This document shows positions 1-12,035 of a DNA stretch of 64,000 bases, piece after piece; position 1 is the stretch's first letter, and each line of letters begins with the position of its first letter. The notes beneath the pieces were generated by a model that did no database searches, had not been told where the DNA came from, and was given only the letters and a program-made list of their open reading frames with translations. The DNA comes from Octopus sinensis (taxonomy: Eukaryota): assembly GCF_006345805.1 (NCBI RefSeq), contig NC_043001.1:89776001-89840000 (forward strand), given 5' to 3'. A program made the position numbers and the translations under genes.

Positions 1-650
1 AGAGGGGAAGTGGCTGTATGCTAGGTGTTGAGAGGCTGGAGTATGTTAGAGGAACTAGTTTCTTGCTGTGGGGGAGATACATGGCTATCCTGTATTAAAT
101 AAAGGTAGGTGGGAGTAGTTGAGGTGAAGATGGAAAGAGAGATATAGATGGTAGTGATGAGGTATCAGAGCATACTCCCAAAGTACAAAAAAAGTTTGGA
201 GACAAAGATCAGAAAGCTTCAGTAGATAAAGGTTGCAAGAGTAAGGAAGAGGGTGAAAGATGGTTAGAGATGAGAATAGGAGTGGTCAATGATATATATG
301 AGTAGGAGGGAGGATGATAAGAATGAGGGATAAATGTCAATAGAAGTGGCTTAGGGAAGTGGAAGTGATGACTAGTAGTACAGAAAGAGTGAAGAACATC
401 AGAATGGTAACACAGCAGACAGTGGAAGAATGAGAGATGACAGGCAGGTGTTGGTAGGTAAAGGTTGTAATAGTTGGAAAAGCATGAGATGTACAGTGAT
501 GGAGTGGAATCAGTTAGAGGCACATAGGGGAAAATGTAGTGAGTACCACATAACGGTGGGTATTGTCGATGGTAGATATGAAATCATGTTAAGAATGAGG
601 AATGGGTTCAAAGGAGATGGAGAAATAACTAGTAGCACAGAAAGGAAGTA
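1..650 (-). mobile_element. Degenerate retroelement-like fragment (strong purine/pyrimidine skew), family uncertain
   Basis: Pyrimidine-rich minus strand. It shares segments (e.g. ctaccatct..ctactcccacc, cctctcaacaccta) with 43450-43620. No clear protein motif. Confidence 0.3.
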
Positions 651-960
651 AATATCACTTTTACTCCTAAGTAAATTACAGCAGCAGAATATATACATAT
701 TATCATTGTCACGATCACTATCATTTAACATCCATGTTCAATGCCGGCATAGGTTGGGCAGTTTGACAGGATCCAATGGGTCAAAGGATTGCATCATATT
801 TCCATGTCTGCTTTGATATGGTTTCTACAGTTGAATGCTCTTCCTAATGCAGCATGTACAGAGTGCTTTTGTGTGCCACCAACAATACACATGTATGTAT
901 ATGTGTGTGAGTGTATGTTAATAGATAGATAAATAGATAAATGTAGTTGAGATGGATGTA

Positions 961-1650
961 CAGGGTGGTCCAAAAGTCTTGTTACCTCCCACCAGAAAGT
1001 AATGAGAACAATAGAACAAGTAATGCAGTATTCCAAAGCAAAAACTGGATTTTGTTAATTCACTTTCATAGATGCTGTCATGCATTGAGAAGGTCTGCAT
1101 GAACACCATCATGATGTGGCACCATGTCCTGTGTGATATTTTTCAAAGCTGTGCTTTAGTGATTGTTGCAAAGGCTCTCCGAATGGTGTCCTTCAACTGA
1201 TGGGTATTCTGGTATTGTTCATATGAAACTCTCTCCTTGGGAATACCCCCACTGTGTCATCGCAATACGTGAGGTCTGGCCTTCTGGAAGGCCAACTGAC
1301 AGGTGCTGGAAGTTGTGAATCTTGCCTTATCCATCTATCCAGAAAAACTTCATGTAGGTATTCCCTGACAGTGATAGCATAGCAGGGTGGGGCACCATCT
1401 TATTGGAACCAACAATCATTCAGGTCAACATTAAACCTCTGGAGCTGTGGAACAAACCACTCCCTTAACATGGCAAAGTAAGGTTGCTGGTTAACAGTGC
1501 CCTTGAAGAAATAGGGTCCTACCAGGTGCTTACTTGATATGGTGGCCCAAATCATTACATGTAGAGGGGTTTTGCTAAACCAAAATATAATGATAATAAG
1601 GACAATAATAAACAATATGTAGTGGGTAACAAAACTTTCAGACCACCCTG
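961..1650 (-). mobile_element. Internally deleted Tc1/mariner-superfamily transposon (DD41D/rosa-like)
   Basis: TIRs CAGGGTGGTC / GACCACCCTG with TA on both sides. Minus-strand remnant reads VMIWATISSKHLVGPYFF..WFQ*DGAPPC..RWI..WPSRRPDLTYCD. Confidence 0.85.
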
Positions 1651-2892
1651 TAGTTAAGTAACTTGGTGCATAACCACAAAATCTTGGGTCTGATGCCCCT
1701 GTATGGCCTTTTCAACAAATGTAATTTTCTATAGCTTTGAATCTGAGTCAACCCATATCTTGTGAATGAAGATGGGTACATGGAAACTGTATGGAAGCCT
1801 ATCAGGCTGAAATCTGTAATTGTTATGGGTAGATGTATCTGTGGAATACTCAACCATTCTCATGTAAATTCAGGAGTAAATAATTCAGTTGATTGAATAA
1901 CTGAATCTGTATTGTTGAACAATGGAGAACCACCACCATTGACCACACACACACACACACACATCCATACAAACACATATAACAGACATACACGTACATA
2001 CATACACGTACATACATACAAACATACACACATGTATGTATGGTCATGGTAGTTGACCATGATTCAATGATGAGGATTCAGTTGTTTAATCAACTGAACA
2101 ACCGACTTCTGTGTAAATGTGTAATATATATATATATATAGTTGAAATTTACAGAAATATAATATATATATATAGGCCACCCTACCTAACCAGTAGGGTG
2201 GCATCATTTGAAAGCTACAACAATGAGAAAAAGCAGATTGTAACCAGCAGCGTATAATAACATCCGAGTCTAGTTCATACAGTGATATAGTAATATATAT
2301 ATATATATGGTTGTGATGTTATATTTGCAACCTTTTATTATCTCAAAATTAACACTATCAAATATAATATAAAGAAAGAAATATGCAATACATTACATCG
2401 AATAATGTTTATTATTTGGTTTAGTTCTAACTACATTACATTCTGTTAATCAAGGTTCCATGCCTGGAAACAATTTTCGAGATAGATGTGGCTTGTAGAG
2501 GTAATTCAGATATAGTTGGTTGATTTACTGCTAATGGGACATTTAGTTGCTGACTTCTAGTTGATTACATTTAAGATGGTGGTTAATGATCTTCTCAGTG
2601 AGATGGCAATCTGGCTGCTATACAGAGTTGATGGAAGTGATTTTGGTGGCTATGGTGATGGGATTGTTGATGATGAAGATGTTAATGATTTAAAGGGAGA
2701 ATGATATTGTTATTACTCTTGTTGTTGTTGTTGTTGATGTTTAACTTCAGATTAGCTCAGATTGAGTTGGTTTCTCACTTCTTTTATTGTTATATATATA
2801 TACCATTGTGTCTCAATTAATTTTGAAAATAATGAAGAATTTACTAAAATAACTTTATTCAGTTCTATATTTAAGAGATGAGGAATAATGTA

Positions 2893-3156
2893 CATTATTT
2901 ACATTATTTACAATTGACGGATATTTGTCCTCATCTTGTTTGTTGTTAACACATTTCGGCTGATATATCCTCCAGCCTTTATCAGATGTCTTGGGGAAAT
3001 TTCGAACCTGGGTTCTCATTCCTAAGGTATTTTTTGATGTTGTTGTTATTATTGTTGTTGTTGTTATTATTATTATTATTCAGGTCACTGCCTGGAATCG
3101 AACTCGGAATCTTGGGGTTAGTAGCCCGCACTCTTAACCACTACGCCATATGCCCA
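2893..3156 (-). mobile_element. tRNA-headed SINE-like element with hammerhead-bearing 3' tail (left copy of inverted pair)
   Basis: Minus strand: GGGCATA, A box TGGCGTAGTGG, B box GAGTTCGATTCC, (AAT/AAC)n, then a tail with a damaged HHR (CTGATAA..GGCTG/CAGCC..GAAA) ending in TGTAAATAAT repeats. Confidence 0.75.
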
Positions 3157-3157
3157 T

Positions 3158-3463
3158 GGGCATAATAATAATAATAGTAATAATAATAATAAGAAGAAGA
3201 AGAAGAAGAAGGAGAAGAAGAAGAAGAAGAAGGAGAAGGAGAAGAAGAAGAAGAAGAAGAAGAAGAAGAAGAAGAAGAAGAAGAAGAAGAAGAAGAAGGA
3301 GAAGAAGAAGGACGACGACGACGACGACCTTAGGAATGAGAACCCAGGTTCGAAATTTCCCAAGACACCTGATGAAGGCTGGAGGGTATATCAGCCGAAA
3401 CATTGTGCTAACAACAAACAAGATGAGGACAAATATCCGTCAATTGTAAATAATGTAAATAAT
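3158..3463 (+). mobile_element. Inverted second copy of the same element (tRNA body missing, microsatellite expanded)
   Basis: Starts GGGCATA, then (AAT)(AAG)(GAC)n. 3328-3463 is the near-exact reverse complement of 2893-3027. Confidence 0.8.
3364..3409 (+). ncRNA. Minimal type-I hammerhead ribozyme motif (probably weakened by 2 substitutions)
   Basis: GACAC-CUGAUGA-A-GGCUG(10-nt loop)CAGCC-GAAA-CAUU-GUGCU. Stems I and II pair and the CUGAUGA/GAAA core is intact. Confidence 0.75.
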
Positions 3464-3789
3464 AACTTTATTGCTATTAAGTTGATGTTTGGAAAATATA
3501 TTAACATGGAATTTTGATAAGAGATTATCATTTAAACTACTTTAAAACAGGAAGTGTGAGTAATAGAGCAGTCTCCAATTTCAGATAGGTTGGAATCAAA
3601 AGGTTAATCAAAGGCTTTGACTATTCTATTGATTTTCTTTTCTGTTCTTTAATATGAAAAACTGCACTGTTTAATTAGTCCTTCCTTGTTTTTTTGATGG
3701 CAGGCTGTGATTTTAGGGAATTTAGGTGGTGATTCTTGCTGATTGAGAAATCACCTAGTGATTCCTTCATTGGCTCTGTTGGAAGGACG

Positions 3790-3795
3790 GCATTA

Positions 3796-3828
<33 letters not shown>

Positions 3829-4400
3829 GTGGTGATTGATAGCAATAACGATCATGGTAGCACTGGTTATCATATTACTGTTTGCCATGATGACAATGGT
3901 TGCAGAGTCAACAATGAGAAAAATTAAGGAAGTGATGTTAACAACAAAGGGTAGTAGTGGTGACCATGTAGCAGTTGGTGATATAAGCAAGATATTTGCG
4001 GTGGCGGGGGTGAGGGGTCATCAGTGGTAATAGCTGTGATTGGTGCAGTAGTGGAGGAGGTGATGTAGTGTGTGTGTGTGTGGGGTGGGGGTGGGGGGTT
4101 AATGGTTGGTGCACTAGTGGTGGATATGGTGGTAGGCATAATGGCACTGGTAGTAGTTGGTATGGAGGTGGTAGCTGATGGGGAGGGGTGCTGTGGTGGT
4201 GGTGGTGGTGGTGGTGGTGATGATGGCGTTGGTAAATAAACATGGTGGTGATGGTGGAGGTAGCAGTGGTAGTGATTGGTAAAGTGGACAAGGTGGTGAT
4301 GTGGTAGTTGATACAGTAGCGGTGGTGGTGGTGGTGGAGGTGTTGCAGCTACTGTTATCAATGGCTCTCAAGATAGGATGAGAGCCAACTAGTTTTACAA
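3790..4400. repeat. (GAT)n/(GGT)n low-complexity tract
   Basis: Degenerate trinucleotide repeats that produce the His/Pro/Thr-rich spurious ORFs. Confidence 0.9.
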
Positions 4401-4769
4401 ACATACAAGATAAAATTAATGTGTCCTGTCACAACACTTCAACAGAAAGGTCAGGGGATGTCAATAGAGGCTGAAAACTGACTGATTTCAATTCTGTTAT
4501 GATGATGATGATGATGATGATGATCACAACTGATGACCAATGTAATATTTGTATGTAATATTAGTCGCTGGTCAGATAGGCCAACATTGATTTATACAGT
4601 GGTTGCTTTTCTGAACTAGGAAATTTGAAATAAAATTTGAACTAAACGAGAATAAAAAACAATACCCAACAATATTAGCATATATCTATATGTATATATA
4701 AATATGTGCGTGTGTGTGTGTGTGTGCATGTGAACTTTTTGAACTTCTTGCATACTTCATATATTACTA

Positions 4770-6400
4770 ATTTTGTTTCTTCCTTTTCTTTCTTTACCTG
4801 CTATTTCTCCTTCCAACATGCCTGATCATAAATCTTTCCTCCTGCACTTGCACCACCATCTTAAACATTACCTCACCTCATTTCTTATCTCCTGCCTCCA
4901 GCTTTCTCCCTACCTTTTCCAATACATTTTCAACCTCATCCCCTGTTTCTCTAGTCATATTTCCTTCCTCAGTTGTTGCCTTCACCTCAACCTCAACCCC
5001 AAAGGTTTCCATCTATATTTCCACCTTCCCTTCCATTCTGCTTCTACTATCTTACCCATCCTCCACACCTCTTCCTTCCACTTTACGTGTGCTGCCATCT
5101 GCTCTAATCTCTCCAAAATACACACACCTGACTGGCTTCTCCCTCTTGCTTATTCCATTTTCTCCTCCTGCTGCACTCCCTTCATTGCTCACTCCATCCT
5201 CTGTTTCATCCTCTACCTCATTCACCTCCTCCATGATTTTCTTGCTTGTCACTACACCCTCCCGTTCCCCTGCCCTCTCTAACCCTCTCCATCTTTGGCC
5301 CAACTCCTCCCCACCCTCATCTTTGTCCATTCTTCCCTCTTCCCCCTGTATGACATCCCCTGCTTACAACTTCCTCTTCTGCTCTCTCCTCCCCACAACC
5401 ATCACCTCCATCTTCTTCCCCACCTAGTTCACATTCCTTCACCCACCCCCTCCCCTTACTACCGATCTTGCCCCCTTTGAAGCCAAGAATTCTCTCCTTC
5501 ATAGGGGTCTTCATTTTATGCCACTCCATCCAGCAACGAGTTTTGGATGTGAACTGATGTTCAACACTTTGTGTGCCATGTCAGACTGCATGCCCTATCC
5601 CACAATATTCCACCTGCGTCTAATGAACAAGACTGCGTCATTGACTGTCCATCACTTACACTTTCAGTTCCTACATCTCCAGTGGCTCTATAGTGACGAC
5701 CATGAGACTTCGAGACATGGTCCTAATTCATAGCTCACCACTTCACCCAACAAGGAAAACCCACCAAACTGCCCTCGCTCATTCCTCTCTTGAACTGTGC
5801 ACCCGCTCTACACACACGCCTCCCTTCTTTGAGATTTCTGCCGACTCAAATCTAACCCTTTCTATCTCCTATATCTTCCTCACCTCATCCCTCTCCTCCT
5901 TCAAGCATGCCCATAACCTCCATGACCTTCTGGTTTGTAGCTTATTCCTTGTTCCTGACGTCTAACCTCACTCCTTCTTTTGCTCTTACCTATGATGCCA
6001 CACCTGCCCCTACAACTATCCTCACCAAGACCCACCACCTCCTCTACCACACCACTGATTCATTCACCTACTCTTCCAGCAGTGTAATCTACTGTATCCT
6101 TTTTTCTCACTGTCATTCATTGTATATTGGTCAAACTGGCCGGAGTTTAGCTGACCAGTTTACCAAACATCTCTGGGACATCAGACTTGGTAATGATGCC
6201 CTGGTCACTTGCCACTCACTTGATTGGTCATTCACTACAACATCTATCTGTATTCAGACAAGCCTTACACAGAAGCTACCTTCTGTCAAGACCAGGAATT
6301 TATTTTCTCTCTTCATTCCTCAATTCCTCGTGATCTCAATTCATCACTTCCTTCCATCTAAACCTGCCTATCTCCATGTACATTTACATGCAGCACACAC
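4770..6400 (+). mobile_element. Degenerate Penelope-like element (GIY-YIG endonuclease) lacking RT core
   Basis: Motifs in order: SHISFLSCCLHLNLNPKGF, LLHRGLHFMP, QFLHLQWLYSDD, FKHAHNLHDLLVCS, VIYCILFSHCHSLYIGQTGRSLADQFTKHL (GIY-YIG). Confidence 0.75.
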
Positions 6401-7300
6401 CTCCCTACTTCAACTATCCCTCCTCCTCTACCCCTCCCCACACCTCTACACCGTTATACTCATGACCCACACCATACACACCTTATGCCCCTACAACATA
6501 TCCAAACACCTACACACACTCACACACACATTCACACACACACGCATTCATTCCCATTCCATGCACACCAGCACCCAACACTTCACAACCGTTACTCTCA
6601 CATTCCTATTCCACCTTGCACCTTCATCCAGGTCAACCCACATGGATCCCTTACAGCAAACATGTGTATAAGATAGCCTGTCACACATGCATACAAGCGC
6701 TCTTACACATATATACATATGCACAAACACAGAATATTATACACAAATCAACTCCATACACATACATACACAGTTTATTCAAGAACTCCACATGCACACA
6801 CCAACTGATAACAAAGACATGGTCACTTGCTCCCATACATACACATGCATAAATATACACATTATTCATGCATAAGCACACACAGCAGTGTCACACACAC
6901 ACATGCACACATGTTTAAGTGCCTTTTACACCCACACCCAAGAAGCAACACAAGAACACACATGCAGGCACACTACTTACCCAAAGAATAGATGTACTCA
7001 TTAGCTGCTAAACACATGTGTTTGCACATGCACACACATACATTAGACAACCTCACACACTCCAGTATATAGACATATGTTGACACACATGCACACATAA
7101 ATACAGAGCACACATCACCTCACACATTGCCCACACATAGTTTACTCACACACGTACACACATATGCATACACATATACACTCCCATACATACACATATT
7201 CACATAATCTTCATACTCACACACATTCTTGTTCCCACACCCACACACACATAATTATGCATACATTAACTCCACATACACACACAAGCTTGTGCACACA
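6400..7300. repeat. Degenerate CA-rich low-complexity region
   Basis: Decayed (CA)n/(CATA)n runs. Confidence 0.85.
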
Positions 7301-7570
7301 CACTTTTGCCAGGTTACTGTTGTCTCCCTTGCTCTTTTGCCACCAACCGTTTCCTTCATTCTGATCAAATCAACATGTGAAACTGAATCCAAACACTTTT
7401 TTCTCTCTACATTGTTTTCTCCTCTCATTCCCTGCATAAGAGCATAGGCTTGAAACACCAAAGACTTCCATTTTTCTTGACCATCAAACTAATACACCTT
7501 TGTTGTTCCCTCATTTGCCTCTCTTCTGGTTTTTGTACAATTTTTTGAAACACACACACACACACACACA

Positions 7571-7623
<53 letters not shown>

Positions 7624-7625
7624 TA

Positions 7626-8450
7626 CAGGGTGCAATTGGTAAATTGTCATCATTTTATATTTTTAATTTTGCACATGCACATTGTTTTTGATTTTGTTGA
7701 CTACACAGTACAGTAGGATCAGTTGGGCAATATCTATGAGAAAAACAGCACTGTGACGCAATTCACTCTGCCAGAAATTTGAAAATGACATACTGTACTG
7801 CCCCAATACAAACAGATAGTGAACACACAGAACAGCTGTTGGTTTGCCTTGTCCCCAAAACATGTACTGAGACTGATACAAATCAAACATCCAGTCAACT
7901 TCATAATGTTTGGAGTGATCACTAGTGATGGCAATGTTATGTCTCCATTCATTGTCCCACATGGCCTCAGACTTAACATGGAGGCCTACATCAAGTACCT
8001 GGAGGAGGTTGTGCTGCCCTGGGTCAAGAGGATGACTGTTGAAAACCTTATGTCTGACAACAGGACTCGGCACCATACCACATAAGCAGGAGAACCCAGT
8101 TATGGCTGTCAGATAATTTCTGCGACCACATCACCCCTAACATCTGTGTGGAGCGCAATTGAGTAAGAGACCAACAAAACTCCTTGTAACACCAAAGATG
8201 AACTGAAGGCAAGGATTATAGCAGCATTTGCCAACTTAAACAAGGAGACCACCCAGAAGAGTTGCAGGAGATTCCAAAGTCATCTGGAGGCCATGGTTGA
8301 AGCTAATGTTGATTTTATTGAATAAATTTACTCATTAGTATTTCATGATATTTTTGACGTAATTTTGGTAATATATATCTGTTAGAATGAGATATCAATG
8401 TTATTTTCATTTTTGTGTAATTTAGGCGACAATATATTTACTGCACCCTG
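7626..8450 (+). mobile_element. Non-autonomous maT (DD37D) transposon, copy 1
   Basis: TIR CAGGGTGCA / TGCACCCTG with TA flanks. Remnant reads IKHPVNFIMFGVITSDGNVMSPFIVPHGLRLNMEAYIKYLEEVVLPWVKR. Confidence 0.85.
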
Positions 8451-8484
<34 letters not shown>

Positions 8485-9574
8485 TATACATACATATATA
8501 TATATATATATATTATACACACACACATATACACATATGCCTCCTACTATTGTCATAGGTTGACTTGTTACTTGTGAATGAAATTGGCAGATGGAAACTG
8601 GAAGAAGCCTGTCATGTATACACACATACAGAATTCATTGAAGCAGATTTTCTATACCCAGATGCCCTTACTGTCACCAAGCAAAGTAATATTTGCTTAT
8701 AACCAGACATGCTTTCCACGGAAAACTAGAAATCAACAACATTGCTTGCATGATGGTGGCATTCATCAATGAAAGAAATAGATAACATATTAAAATACTA
8801 GAATACAGACAAATAAGATTCAGTGAACACATACACATATATGCAAGTAAGAAACAACCAAATTTTGTGATTTTCCCCTCATATCAATTTTGTGATTGCA
8901 CAACTCAACAACAATCAAAAACCTTCATAATCAAATACCACCCACATCTAAAGATCTGTGGCATGGGAAGAAAGACAACTACAACCAACTTTACTGCAAT
9001 CTTTACTGAAGTTGTCACACTACTACTGCTACAAGTTAGAGTGACAAGACAACTACTTCAGCTACTAACATAGTTGCTGTTGTAGCCACAAGCTAGTAGG
9101 TTAAGCAGTCAAAAACTATTGAATGAAAGTGAGTGGTTTTTTCAAACTCCAGTAATGTAAGTGAATAGTGCAAAATTTCTACAAGTTGTTCTACTGAGCT
9201 TACTTCTCAACTATAAATGTCTATCAAAAACTTCAAACAAAGCCAAAAATGCTTCTAACTGCTACTACTGACAGCCACTGCTACTGTTGTTACTACCACC
9301 AGGACATAAAAACAAACAGAAAGAAAGAAGCAAAATACCAGCATCATGTGATTTTTGTAAGAAAAACAGGTGAACTTCCAGAACCAATATCATGAAAGAT
9401 TAATTTAATTTAATTTATTTTTCCTATTACTTCAGCATGACTAAATTGCATTTTTAAGAGACTGAAACCATTGCATATTTTGATAAAAATGTAAATATTT
9501 TCTTGATTTATCCTTGTAACAGTTCTCAAAACATTTTGTTTTTGTTTTTTGATATTTTTTATTCTTTTATTTGT

Positions 9575-9786
9575 TTTGGTCACTTGACTGTAGCCATGCT
9601 GGAGCATTGCCTTTAGTCGAGCAAATCAACCCCAGGATTTATTCTTTGTAAGCCTAGTACTTATTCTATAAGTATCTTTTGCTGAATTGGTAAGTTACGG
9701 GGACGTAAACACACCAGCATCGGTTGTCAAGTGATGTTTGGGGGACAAACTCAGACACACAAACACACACACACACATCATATATG

Positions 9787-9859
<73 letters not shown>

Positions 9860-9990
9860 GGCTTCTTTCAGTTTCCGTTTACCAAATCCACTCACAAGCC
9901 CGAGGCTATAATAGAAGACACTTGCCCAAGGTGCCATGAAGTGAGACTGAACCTGGAGCCATGTGGTTGGTAAGCAAGCTACTTACCCCT
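9575..9990 (-). mobile_element. tRNA-derived SINE family A
   Basis: Reverse complement of the family-A consensus with an internal (TA)n/(TG)n. Confidence 0.85.
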
Positions 9991-10310
9991 GTGCCTACAC
10001 ACACACAAGAGTTAAGGAATACAGTAGATAAGATCTGGGCTTATCTACTCCATTCCTTAACTCTTGTATTCTTATTTACACACCTGGCAACCTTGGTCGG
10101 CTACCGTGAAATATAAAAAGAACTTTTTCCAGTTTATTGTACTTCAATATGCAAAAAATCCACAACCTTCCTTCTCAATAAATCACTGTTGTCTCCTGAA
10201 AGTTGTTTTTCATATATATTACAGATTGCTTGAAGCTAACTATCTTTCTACACCTTGACCCCTGCATCTTATATGTGTATGTGTGTGTGTCTGTGTATAT
10301 TTATATACAC

Positions 10311-11193
10311 ACGATGGTGGGCTGAAAAATTCATAGGATGACTATGAAGGAGTCATGCTAGGGCTGTGAAATCTTGCATGCATTTATTTCAACTTTTATT
10401 AATAACTGCATTGTTTCATTTTAGGTAAACAGACATCACTCTGTTCAAAAAAGACTTCAAAACCCATGCAGTGAAAACTACCCTTCTCACCGACTACAAA
10501 GAAGGCCAATGTCATTTCATCTGCAGGGAAGGTAATGGCCCCAGTTTTGGGGGATGCAAAAGGCATTGTGTTTATTGACTATCTTCATAAGTTAATTACT
10601 TGTAGGGACACTGTAATTCATTATGCGACCATAATATACTACAAAGTTTATTAAGCACTTTATAAGCCAATACTGTGTCCAATAGAAAATCTGTGGAGAT
10701 AACCTTAACATATCTTCAGAAGGGCCACACCATCAATGGAGAGTACTATGCTAACTTGCTGAGACAGTTACAAAAAGCTATTAAGACCAAACGTTCAGGT
10801 TTACTGACGAAAGGGGTTTTGTTTCAGCAGGAGAAAGCTCTAGCACATAAGTTCTTGGTGTCAATGACTGCTGTGCATGACTGGTTTTGAACTGGTTGAT
10901 CACCCACCATATTCTTCAGATTTGGCCCCTTCTGACTCTCATCTGTACTCCCAACATAAAAAAAACAAAACGTTTGGTTGCGAGCCAGTATTGCAGTTAT
11001 GGTGACATATCCACTGTTGATTACTTTGAGCAACAGAATTAAAGCTTCTTCACCAATGGGACTAAACACCACTGCAACACTGATGAAAGAAGTGTGTGGT
11101 CTGCAAGAAGGACTATGTTGAAAAATAAACCTCATTTGGTCACATTCCATGAGAATATCAAGGTCAGCCTATGAACTTTGCAGCCAACCCTCT
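10311..11193 (+). mobile_element. Internally deleted mariner (Hsmar2/irritans-like ends)
   Basis: TIR GGCTGAAAAATTCATAGG / CCTATGAACTTTGCAGCC. Remnants read AGKVMA..., KGHTINGEYYANLLRQL, HPPYSSDLAPSD. Confidence 0.85.
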
Positions 11194-11405
11194 TGTGTGT
11201 GTGTGTCTCTCTCTCTCTCTCTCTCTGTCTCTCTTCCCCCTCCCTCCCCATCTCTCTCTCTCTCTCTTGCTTTCTCTCTCTCTCTCTAGTTATATTTTTC
11301 TTACAAAAGATACGGACTGCATAGAAGTGCTCAAGTTGAACCTGAGACGCTAGACAAGTATAATAAACAGATTGGAGAAAGTTCAAATCAGACAAATTAC
11401 AATGA

Positions 11406-11462
<57 letters not shown>

Positions 11463-11859
11463 ATAAACAAATCAAATTGCGATAAAATAAAAATAATTAT
11501 AATCGCTGGTATTACTAACACAAGCCATATATTTTTCATATATCAGTACATTAAGGCGAAATATGTGCTAGGAATACAGAAGCTTGATAAATTAAGTGAA
11601 ATGAAGATAAAAACATTTACTAAACCGGTAATTCTCAGACTGCAGTTTCTATATATATATATATATATATTTAATTTAAGTTAAAAATTGTCCCAAAAAC
11701 ATATTGATATATTAAAAATATATATAAAAATACATGTAAAAATATAAAAATATAGAAATATCAAAAATATATATGGACATACTCTTTTACTTTTTTACTT
11801 GTTTCAGTCATTTTACTGTGGCCATGCTGGAGCACCACCTCTAGTCGAGTAAGTTAACC

Positions 11860-12035
11860 CATGGCTTTATTGATCGCATTCTCACCTGGAATCGATTTTT
11901 GTAATTTTTTCAAGACTTATACAAGCCCTGATACCGTCGGTATCTACATGTCAAATTTTAGCACAATCGGATGGAGGATGCCCAAGATCCTAGAAGGCAT
12001 ACACACAGACAGACAGAACAGATTTTATATAATAA
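11860..12035 (+). mobile_element. 3' fragment of HINE/Helentron-like element
   Basis: Reverse-complement match to 23702-23910. Ends (CAGA)n...TTTTATATAAT. Confidence 0.6.

Noticed and set aside
3078-3156. tRNA-like sequence with ACT anticodon loop
   Set aside because: Acceptor and anticodon stems do not pair and it is fused to a repeat tail, so it is a SINE head and not a tRNA gene.
3118-4404. Poly-Arg/Leu/His/Pro ORFs
   Set aside because: Translations of trinucleotide microsatellites with no domain content.
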